Source: Hyphochytrium catenoides (lineage: Eukaryota > Protista > Hyphochytriomycota). From it: a DNA stretch of 64,000 bases. Shown piece by piece: positions 22,801-34,800 of this stretch. How positions within the stretch are numbered: position 1 is the first letter of the stretch; each line of letters begins with the position of its first letter. The stretch is taken from positions 1 to 64,000 of the forward strand of contig FLMG01004723.1 of assembly GCA_900088475.1 (NCBI GenBank), given 5' to 3'. Made by a program: the position numbers and the translations under genes. A model generated the notes under the pieces. That model worked only from the letters and a program-made list of their open reading frames with translations. It was not told where the DNA came from and made no database searches.

Positions 22801-25800
22801 ACCACCATCATCTAGCTTGGAGAGGTTTTCGCGTGGTATACTGCTAACCAGTGGGTTTCCAAAGGCCTTTTCTGTATCCCAGGCTATTTCATAACCTGTG
22901 ATGGCGGTCGCCACATCCAAGCCACTCTTTCCTCGTCCATCATGGTCCGGAGGCATGAATGTCACTGAGATCTTTGAACCCGATCGCGCGTAGACCACCA
23001 AATCTTTTACCACCGAAGGAGGCTTCGGACCAGTCACAACTGCTGAAGCTGGGTGACCCCATTGGGTGTTATCGGGAGGATTGCCGCTGACACTTAGCTG
23101 CTGAGGGATAATATGGTTACGGGCCGCAATCCGGAAGTAGTACTGACCGGCTGTTGGCACTCGAATAACAGCCGAATACGGAGGGCTGCCTGTAGGGGTG
23201 ACCTTGACTGCCTCATACCTCCAAAATCTTATCATCGCGCCTTCTGGATGGAAGGTATCCATGGCTGGACATGGGGAAGAGCTAAATGATGGGGGGGTAA
23301 GGATAATTGTTTCGTGGGTACTGCTATCGACAGTCCGTCTGCATCCATCGAAGAAGAGCTGGTCACCAGGTTTGAAGGAATCTGTTGGGCTATTACCAGT
23401 TGCCAGTCTGATGGTATTCGTGGAGAACGAATAACTGGTGCCACAGCTGTGGCAAAAAACAGCGTTATGTCTAAACCGGTTATCAGTATCAAACTGGATA
23501 TCATAATAAGAGATCTCATAATCTCCAGAAGCTGAAGGATTCTCAGGCGGTGACCAAGTAATGCGAACCTCATCATCAGATAGTGCTTGGAGGTTGATAT
23601 TCAAAGTAGGCCCCGGCAGACCCTGAGGAGTCGCTGTGATTACCGATTCCGTAGGACCCCATCCTTTCTTGTTATTCGCGGAGACGCGCAGATGGTATTG
23701 CCTACCTTGAATCAACCCGTTCGAACCCGCAGGGATATAGTGACACTTCTGGCAATCAATACCCTGAGTTACCACTGTGGCACTACTTGGGAAGACTTCT
23801 ACAGCGTGAGCAGATAACGTTGAGATAGAATCAAGAGGTCCATAAAAGTGGAGAAGCCATTCCCAACCAAAGGTGGCCTGATAGACGACCTCTCTTACAC
23901 TTGTCACACCCTTGTAACTTGTAGGCAAACCATTCAGGTCGCCCAAATACAGTCTGTCTGCTCTCATGCCGTTAGAAGCCGCGTCCGTGATTAGATACAT
24001 GCTGTCCGAGGCCATCCTACTTGATACGGAATCAGGCAGCACCGTGTACCAGGAGCCTCCAACGTATATCTTATCTCCAGGTATACCAAACTGCCCAGCA
24101 GCAAAGTCGCAGATCACGCCTTCCGCGCACTCCAGATAACTCTGGCCGGCAACAGCGCTAACTGCTGTGTTTAGGATTTTAGCCTTTGAAGGTTCTTTGA
24201 TGACCCTTACAGAAATCTTAGGGTCCATGACTGCTTCAAGCGCTATTTGCACGTCGGTAGCTGAGGACCATGCATTTAAATAGACTAGATCTTTTGATTT
24301 ATATGCCAATTGGAACGTTCCCGTTACGACATGTTTGAGGTTGGTCAGAATGCCGGATACGTCAGAGGAGGTGTCACCCGGAATCAGTAGTGAAGTGCCA
24401 GTGCCTGTGAGTAATGACCCATCGAAAGACAAAGTATCCAGATGTTCGAAAACTCTGTGGAAGCGAATGTAGATCCTATTTCCATCGCAAACACGGGAAA
24501 CTGGCGAGTTGGCGTATACCTCAATACCTTCTGTTGGAATTGATGATAACACCTGCAGAGCTTGCCTCACTTCAGCCAAAGATGCAGTTGCCGGTATTCC
24601 TTGAGTAGTCTCTGACTTGAGTGAAACAGTAAATGAGCCTCCTGTGGCGGAACAGACAAAAGTCTTGATGGCCTTCCTAAATGGAGTTCTCCCCGCGACT
24701 ACCTCAACGACGTGGACGTCTGAAGAGCTCGATTCAAGCAGAGGAAGAGGCCCAATCTCTTTGAGAAACGTAATGTCGTAAGGCTGGGCGCTCTGGATAG
24801 TTCCTGTCGCGGGTGTTATCCGGATTCCCCCACTGGATATAGAGCCCAAACTCTCAAGGGCTTCAACCAAATCGTCAATGGTGCTAGATCCAGGCAGAAC
24901 ATGCGCCGTCTCTTCGGTTCTGAACCTTAGATTGAAAGATACAACTCCATTCGCAATGGTAAGCTGTTGAACTGCATAGACCACTTCATAGTGCTGGTGG
25001 TATAGTGCTGTAGGCATTGCCATGACCACTTTCAGGTGCCGCTTAAGCCTTTCTGACTCGTTCAACACTTCACGCCCGTATGCATATGAACGAAAGCTAG
25101 TGCTGGTATCCCATTCCACTTGATATTGGGAAATAAGGTTGCCGTTGCCCTCGCCGGCAAGATGCGAAATCCAGAGCTGCGTGCCCGTAGGACATGCACC
25201 TTTCGTTACCTCGTCGACTGCGACAAGCACTGCTTTCCCAGTGAGTCTCGTTGAGTCCGCCGTCAGAGAAGGGATGTCGCAAGCACCAGACAAATGACCA
25301 TCATAGAATGTAATAAACCATTCATAATCACCCTGCCAACTAAGTGGGCCGTTCTGCGATACAGTTACTGTTCCAATCCCAGGCAAAGCCTCCAGGGCTA
25401 CCTTCATTTCCTCCGCAGTGGCAGAGGCTGAGAGCGGCTTACTCATTGATCCAGATCCCATTTGTAGTCTGAAACTGCCCCCAATTACATTAGCAGCTGT
25501 TAAACGGGTAATGTGAACTGTCGCGTTGATACCAGTCAATCCGTTGACTGCTTCATAATATAGCCCAGGAGCGCTATTCAGGAAGGTGATTACCCATGTG
25601 AAGCCACCTAAGCACCGAAAGCAAGCGGTTAGGAACCATCTCTACACATTGGCTTGATAACCCTTACCTCTTGCGTCCGGTCCTGTGCGCTGCACATCAA
25701 CCTCTTCAATTCCGTGAACCTCTGTTAAAATATCCTCAAAGGTGTGCGGATCAACATTGTAAGGGATGACAGCGCTCTGGAAAACTGCAAAGTGTCCCCC

Positions 25801-28800
25801 TAGATGGTTGCCCCCTCGTATGGTGCGGACGGAGCACTTGGAGGGCCCATCCACGTTACAGACAAGATTTGGTATGTCCGCGAGGTCAGGGTGGAAAACA
25901 AGGGTGATGAGCCTTATATCCTGGCTCTCTCCTAACGGGCTACCCTCAATAACCTCTAATCGGTTTATAGCTGGAAGAACTTCAAGATCTGCACGCAGAT
26001 CAGCCATTGGGGAATCACCAGATAGAGTCTGGAATCTCTTGCTAATCTGAATAAGGAGAATAAGGGGAAGGAAGTAGAGGAAAGAAAATTGTAAGGGTTT
26101 TTCCGTGACGACAGTAAATTGCTAACCACTTACCAGAGTTGCTGCCACCGTAGCTCCGCTGGGAACCATAATATTGTCTTGGACCTTCATGAATGGCTTA
26201 CATATTGAACCAGAGAGTTCAACATTTAGGTCAGGGACATTCCCTGTTACCACCATTTGGTTTCCTGTGAAGTATATCATGTACTCCAAGCCTACTTGAG
26301 ATTCAGACGTGGTTCTTGTACTTGTTACAAAAACGTGATCAACGTTATTTAGGCTGTTGAGCTCTGCCTGAATAACTTCGGCCGCTTCGTTCCATGCAAG
26401 GCACCCCGTGGAAAATGATTGACTGTTGAAGACAACCTCAAGTTGATACTGACCTTCAATCAGCTCACTGTCAGCCAGTACTTGAAGCGAGTATACCGGA
26501 GTATTTGTGCCAACCGCCGGATAAAGCGTGGCGGTGCTAGCTTCCACCAGAATATTCGGACTTGAGGTGCTTATAACTAGCTCTTCAACGTCCCCAGCAA
26601 CTTCAGCTCCAATGAATCGTACCTGATGTTCAAATCCTTGACAAGAATCCTCCAGAAGATCAGACGTCTCAACCTCCACACAGACCGAGGCGAGGCAGTT
26701 CATAGAGTCAAGCTGATTCAATGCTGTGGCCAAGCCCTCTCCAACCAAATCCCAGGCAAGTGGTCCAGTGGTAGAAACAATACCACCGCGGGAAAATGCA
26801 AGACTGAACGTTCCCGTCGCCCCCGGAATCCGGCGGCAGACTCTTATTGTCTGTTCCTCTGGAATACGTAGAGTTATGCTGCCTACGGTAGAGCCCTCGC
26901 CCACAGGAGTAACTCTGACTTGCTGAATCTCGCCAATTGGATCCGCGGTTGTCTGAACTTTTACGACCTCATGAAGTAGCCGCGCATGAGTTGAAACTCG
27001 TTGAACCTCGCGGACGTAGGTTGAAGGCCCAACCTCCAGGTCCATGACGGCTTTGGGTCTATCATAAGCACTACCTATTATGACATTCGATGGGGCGGAA
27101 TACCCAAGTAAGTTTTTGGCTGTTACGCGGAAGTGGTATTGGAGACCCATTTGAAGGTCTTCAAAGAGTGCAGAGGTCGGAAGACCTCCAGGAATTAGTG
27201 CCTTAACGACGACACTCGCATTAAGCCCGCGCAAGCTAGACCGATTCTCGTCGTACTCTAGATCAACCTTTGCCTCATTGCTTGAGAACCTGATGTAGTA
27301 GTTGAAACCAACCTCCTTGTACAAAGTCAGGGTCTTTGGTAGCGGTGCTTCGCCAATAAATGCAGCCATCCTTGTTGGGTCTTTCCATAATCCAAGAGGA
27401 AGAGTATGACCGTCATAAGGCGGAGGTCCGGTGTGCTCGTTGGGAATACATCGCTTCTGACAGGCAAGAGAGATGCTTCTACTTGGCCCATGGAAGCTGT
27501 GTCCTTGTGGAAGGCTTAGCTCTAAAGATAAGTATTTGGGGGTGTTGAAGTAGAGGGAGTAAGTTGAGCCCGCTTCTGGCCTTCCGGGGACCGTCAGTCT
27601 TCTGGTGACCGTTGTCGTGAACTGTAACTCTAGAACTGTAAGAATTGCCTTCTCGATTTCTGCATCGGTGGCGTCCCATGCGAAGGGTCCTACGGTAAAA
27701 CTCTGTCCATCAAAACCTAGTGTCACGGAAAAGTAAGTAGAAGTATCCCCACTGCTAAGCCCATTGAGACTGGTGTCTGTGATAATAATAGTCCATTCTG
27801 GCCGTTCAGTCTTGAAGATGGAGAACATTTGCGGTAGCATAGATATGGAAACCCTTCCTTCAAAATCACCCATGAAAGGCCTATCGAGAACAATTTGGCG
27901 AGACCGCTCTCTTGCCGGAGCATTCCCACCTCGCATTAAAATCTCTGCTCTCACCATACTATTGGCTCCACCCACATGCTGTCCAGTGCTTCCACAAGAA
28001 TCGATACCTAAGTCGACACCAAATCTGGCGGTCAGAGCTTGCGACGTTTGGAGTTCTGGGAATCCGACAAAGAAGACCAAGTACTCATAGGAGGCTTTCC
28101 CCTGGCGAACTGTTTCGACTTTAGAGTGTATATAGCTCTGTAATGGAGCGAGACAAGCATTATCCGAAGGGAGTACAACGAATTCTGGAACGTTGCCTAA
28201 CAGGCGGGCATTCCTCCCTCCTGCCCTGGAACCCTTAAAGTGCAGAGTGTAGCTGTATCCGTAGGCGCTGGACGGACTTCGCAAGTCTCCACTTCTTGTT
28301 ACTACAACTTCATCCAGGGGTCCAAGAAGTCTATTGGAGCTGTCGTTGGTATCCACCATCGACTTGACCGAATCCTCCAACTCAATGGCCGTGGAGCCCA
28401 ATTTGACACATGAGCTGCGATACTCCACACCACCAGTTTGCACGCTTAATCGGTAATATGTGTTATCTGCATCCGTTAAGACGGGCCCCTCACTCGCAAA
28501 GGAGATCTTTTGAATTTCACTGACGGACATACCATCGCCAAACCTGCTGACCATAACTCTGCCGCGACCAGGGTTAGAAAAGGCGGGTAGTTGCTCTAAG
28601 GCATGTTGTACGTCACCAGCTTCTGCACCCCAATTCAGGCATGCTGTCTTCTCATTGCTGCTTTGCGTCAGCACCCATTCCGCTCCTTGCTTGATGTTAC
28701 CAGCATCCACGGCAAGAGTGATCTTTTGCACGGGAGTGTAGCCGCCCTCGACGACAATGGACGCTTCAACCTGAAAGTTAGCATTGGCATGCGCAGACAC

Positions 28801-31800
28801 AGTATTGACAGGAACCGCAGCTGTGATTTTACTCCCCTCAAAGTATATGTTGAAGACAAGGGAACATACAGGCCCTGAGCAATGATTATCAATGCCGGGC
28901 TGTGTAACAATCACTCCACTGTCATCGGTGGCAGTCTGGATCATTTCTTGGAGGGTGGATGCTGTAAGTCCCACGACATCAATGCTATTGACTGCATACG
29001 TGATGTCATTGTGAGTGATGAATAGATCAAAAGTTCCCTGAGGGTTAAGGAGGCTAGAGGCATACGTGATCACCAGCCGCTGTTGCGTCGAACCAGTGCC
29101 AAACACAGTGTAAATATCACCTCCAAGCAGGACCTCCTGGCCTACAACAAGATTGAGAGACATGGATTCGTCTGGAGTGATAACGGGATAACCCCGCTTG
29201 ACGTGGACAAAGCCCGGAACTGCAACGGCACCATCGTGAATAGAGTTTCCACCTCCCACTCGGAACCTGTCACCTTCGGAAAGGTAACGCCGAAGATCCA
29301 CGTCGTGGGAGTAAAACCTGTTCATGTCTCGCGCTACTTCTACCGTCAAAGTTCCGAGAGGCTTAAATAATGGCCGACGGGTGACAGATACTGTACCGAC
29401 CCCATTGAGACTTTCCAGCTCTTGCTTTACAATCGCCGAAGACGCGAAGGCGGGGATGCTGCGAGTTCCCATTTTACCATCTACCAACAAGGCAAAGGCT
29501 CCTTGAAGCGGCGTCGAACCCTCCTTGTGGACGACAACCGATATCCTGCTATTAGTCCCAGTCATTCCAAAGCCTTCCACACTTAGGGTTTGTACATTCC
29601 CGCTCCCTGCTGGAAATGACTCCCCATTAAAGTTTCCACTATTCCTTATGAATCGTATTCTCCACACGTAGCCTCCTTTGGTACCAGCTCTAGCGACTGG
29701 CAAACCATTCCATCCCCCGGAGCAGGTCGCCGCACTGCAACTTTCTGTGGCTGGAAAGGCACTCCGGGTCACAGCCACTCGACCAACCGTCACCAACTGA
29801 TTCAATTTTGCTTCCAAGCGCTCTGCAGACTCATCAAAGGCGGAAATTAGCGGCCCATTTGGCGACGAAAAATCGACGAGGAATGACCCCCCAAGAGGGG
29901 TGGAACCCCTCACAATTTCTTGTGGGGTTACGGTGTACTCCCGAGCGTCAGGCTGGACAAGAACGACTGCAAGGGCGGCCACGTCACCGGCTCCTGGTGG
30001 TACATGGCCAGGATTGCTGACAAATTGGACGGTGAACGTCATCGAACCATATTTGTTGACAGCTTTTCTCGTCACCACGACTTGTCTTCCGGAAAGGCAG
30101 CTTTCAAGGTATGCCTTCAAAACAGATGGCTGAACGTTCCAGGGTAAATTGAGGTTTGAGTCACAGGATCCATCCGTCGCTATTTGAAAAGACGAGAAGG
30201 TGCCCCGCAACACAGTACCGTCCCTTCGAGTTTGCTGTGTCATGCTTGCATCTTTACCCAGCAGCCCAGAATACGTTACCTCCAGCGGTGGCATGTTTCC
30301 TGGAGAATTGCAGCGTCCTCTCTCGTCCTTTTGTTCACAAGTCTTTCCCACGTCATGCAGAAAAGTTATCGACCAGCTGTACGCTCCATTTGTCCGGTCA
30401 ACATTACTTCTTGAGACCTGAACTTTCCCCACATTGGGCATAAGTTCCAAAATTTCCTCCATCGAAGTGCCAGCGCCTCCACTTTCAACCCGGGTAGCAG
30501 GAGCATTATGGGAGATGGGCTCAGAGGTATACCGTCCCCTCACCGATGCCCTACATTCCTCAAAGCCTAAAGATCCACAACTTGACGTATCCAAGGTAAT
30601 TGTAAACGTTCCTCCAAGTGGTGAGGTACCCTTGACGGCAGTTGTCACTAGACAGGAAATATGACCACGCTGCTGAGGGTTGGTCGCTAACAGATTATCT
30701 TTAAGACACTGGATCTCAGCTTGTGGTCCAATATTGCGTCCCCAAGCTCTCGAAAACCGCTGACCGTTGGAATTAGCTGGCCACGTGGCGTCCCAAGTTG
30801 AGGAGCTTCCCCAGAGTGCAGTTGCATACCAGTTCCTATCGTCCAAGTTTGTCATGTGGTCCTGAGTAGGATCTCTCCAGCGTCCAGAACGGAAAGTGAC
30901 CCTCCATTCATAGCTAAGCACTTCAGAGTCTCTTATTGCTCTAGAAACTTTCACGACGCTGGGCTCTATAGATGGCAAGGCGTTGAGAGCCTCTTCTACC
31001 TCTAATGGGTCTGCGTTGTGTGGTAACGGAGACGTCACATAGCCACCAAAAGATAGTGAAAAATGTCCATCGAGCTGATTCCCAGTTACTGTCTCCACTA
31101 TCGAAAGAGATGCCCGAGAAGGGGTATATGCGTCGAGGAGCTTTGCTGTATCAGCCACTGCAAGAGCTCTAACATCCCCGCCGACACTGGGGTGATCGAA
31201 GGTTATTGACCACGAGTATCCAAGAGCCTTCGTTGGACCACTCCGCGATATAGAAACACAATAAGGCACTGCCTTCCAGGTACCTGTTGTCGACATCACT
31301 TGTGACGGACAATTTAAAGGACTTGTAAAGCTGATGACTGATCCTTGCAGTGTCGCAATCACAACTTGGCACACGCTGCTTGATGGTAGATCGGGGAGTT
31401 CTAGAAGTGTGCCTGAAGCGAGTTTCTTCTGCTCAAAGTTGCTAATGGGATCGTCGCACAATATTTTCATGTCCACAGGTTGGAACAGGCACCTAGACAG
31501 CTCGAACCCGAAAAATTTTTCGTTGAAGACCTGGCTAAAAGCATTGGCCGAAAAATGGGCATCAAATTCTGCCACCTTGCTCACGCCATTCTGTAGAAAG
31601 GAGAGTGAAAATTTACTCCCAGGTCGAATCTGATTTCCCTGTGAACACACAGCCGTCAAGCCGCTAGAAGGAGGGCACACGGCAATTGAGGGTAGCACGT
31701 CAGAACCAGGAGTACCCCCATCTAAATTCGCAGCCGAGGCCGTCAAAGGGCTCACGTTGCCTGGATGGTCTGTCCAGGTTATGGCCCAAGAGAACTCTCC

Positions 31801-34800
31801 CGACCACCTGCCGGAAGCAGGAATAACTGGTTGCCTCGTTACAGCCACCGGAGAGCTGTATGCAGTCGAGAGCTGTACACTCATAACTGCTGCCGGGACG
31901 TCCCAAGCAAACTGTAAGGACAATCCAGCCTCAACAATGTCCACCGTAAACATTCCACCCAGCTGAGAACCTTCGATAACCGTCTGGACTTGGCACGTGG
32001 ATGCTGCGTCTGTAGTCAAGCAATTGAGTGGCTTAGCGTCGCCGTGTCGTGAGTGAAACGTTACGGTCCACGCGTAGCCAATCACAGCATCAGTATGGAC
32101 CTCAACTCGGGAAGCTGTAACGGATCCTAGTTCGCTGAGGTACGCTTCTACAGCAGCCGAAGAGGTATCCCAATCCAAACCAAATCCTGGAGAAATAGGT
32201 GGCTGCGTTGGTGACGATGGATAAGATGAAGGATCGTGCAGGTCTTCGACATTATAGGAGAGAGAAAATTTCCCCTGAGGCTGGCCTTCTAAGAGGCTGC
32301 CAGCGTCGTATTGTATTGGATCAGGTCCGAGATATAGGGGGATATTGACTCCACCTTGAGCACAATGAAGGTTAGAGTCATATAATGACACACGAATACC
32401 CACACCGACATAGGCCGCGCGTATGGTGATAGTGATGACCGCATCGTTCCCATTAGTGGTGCTTGTGACCTTAACCGTCGGTCTAGCTAGCTGCCTCTTA
32501 TCTTGAAGGTTCGAAAGACTAGCCAGGCCCTGTTCAATACTCAAATCCGAAGCGACATCAATTGGGGACTGGGAGTTCGTTATTTGAACACTTCTCACAG
32601 CACAGAAGACGCAGAAGCTCTCTGTATCTACACTAAGCCGGAAGGTTCCACCAAGATCGCCTCGAGGGCACGAAGGAAACGTTACTTTCCAGACATCATC
32701 TTTGTGCGGAGCCGTTAGTTTGACCTCCTGAACTTCAGCCAGAGGATTGCTGACTGAGGTTTCCAGCACTTGAATTTGGTATGGCTCCCGGGGTGCATCA
32801 AGATGTACTGTTTGTACTTCATCAACGTCAACGGCCTCGGTGTAAAACGTCTGTTCTTCCTCTACGGCGCTTGCAGCGGACGTAGAGATAACCTGAACCT
32901 CATCAACACCCAAAAATTCAGTTGTCACTGCCTGTACCTCATTGGTTACGTCAACGGTGGCGTAGATCCATTGTTCTTCATTCACTACGTCCGCCGATAG
33001 GGAGAGTAGCTGGACGGTACGGGGAACTGGAACCACTCGACTGGCGTACATACTCGAGTTGAAGGAAGATTCTATATCTCTTTCCAGAATGAACTCGTCC
33101 AGTGCTTTACCACCGTTGGTTCCTGAGAAATTCCACTCGAGAAGAACGGACGCAGAGCTTTTTGGCTCAGCATCTAGGAGCAGAGGAGCAGATGGCACCT
33201 GTGCTCTGGTCCGGACACTTAGCGGCCAAGACACTTGCGGTTCACTTTGACCCAGGGGACTGATGGCTGATACACGAACATAGTACTCCAAGCCCTCCTC
33301 GATCTCCTCACCTTCTTCGGTATGTTGACCCGGTCCTCCGATAACGTAGAAATTCTTTGAGGACACCACCCTGGTGCTTCTAAAAAATGGCGAGCTGAAC
33401 AGCGCGGAAGTGTCCCAATGAACTTCGTAGTGGGTTATCGCAGCACCTCCATCACCTCCATACTCAGGCAATTGTGACGATGGGGGCTTCCAAGTCACCT
33501 CTATGATAGTCGGAGATGGCGAAGTGAGGGTGACCTCAACAGGGGCCCCGGGTGCTTGATTTTGGGCAATAATTGACTGTGGTTTTGAAAATGCTGGAGA
33601 GCTAAAGCCCATCCCATTATGAGCTTTGACTCGTACAAACCGAGGGTTAGCGGCAGATGTGGGGTTGATCTCGATATTGTAAAAAAACTTGCCGCTCGGG
33701 AATAGTTGAGAATCTGAGGGCACGTCGGCTGAAACGCAGCACCCAGCCGATGGAACATTAACAAAGCTAGGATCCGTATCCCATTCTACCCGGTAATAAT
33801 CTATAGTGTCCCCACCATCGTCTGCTGGGCGCATCCAAATAACCTTAATCAGTGATGAGGATAGCGAAGTCAAAAGAACATTCTCTGGCGACCCAGGAGT
33901 CCTTCTGGGGGTTATGCTTTGCACTGTGACAAACTCTCCGGTACCCTCTGAGCTGCGGCTAGCAACTCTAACAGTGTAAGGCACTCCAGCTGTCAAGCCA
34001 ACAATCTCAGCCGCCCCATAGCCCACGATACCGGAAGGAATGCTGAGGAGCGGGTTGCCAGCATTAGAATCACAATAACCGGTGGGTAGCCTGCCGTTGA
34101 CTGTCCGCGTCACATCCATTGTCACATCAATGCCAGCAAGACCTGCGGTATGAACAGCGAGGATATTCTCCTGGGGCCCCAGATCTCCAACGAATGTGAC
34201 TACCCAAGAGACGGTATGTCCATACTGAAATTTCGTAACCTTCACTTTCGAGATAGTTTGAAGCTTATTAAGGGCAGCCTGGAGTGTCTCTGCCGAAACA
34301 TCAAAGGCCAAAGGTGGAGTAATTTGAGAACGCTGGGAGCGCACGATGGAGACTCTAAAGGATCCTGTGACCGGGCTTATGCCCCCAATTTTTCTTTCAG
34401 TATGTAAGAACGGGTTGGTTCCGGACCAGCTGTCGAATCCCTGTGGTACGATGAGCGGTTGACCACCAACGTTGCTGATGAATGTTATGGACCAGCTAAA
34501 GCCGTGAGCATCCCTAAATACTGCTAGCTTCGACCCGCTTATGTCCAACGTAACGTCAAGAGTGACAGCTGAAAGGCTGGCAGCAACGACGGTCAGTTGT
34601 GTATCTTCTAGTCCCTCAAGGAAGATCTTGCTGCCTACGCTCAAGGTACCTCCATTGAGTGTGACAACGGGAGAGCCTTTGGAGACTGTGGCCGTCATCC
34701 CTCCATATCTCTCTAAAGTTCTTGATCTCGTGACCTGTACCGTCCCGATTGCGTCCAGTCTTTCTAGTCTTTCTTTCACAGACGCAAATCCTACCGCTGG

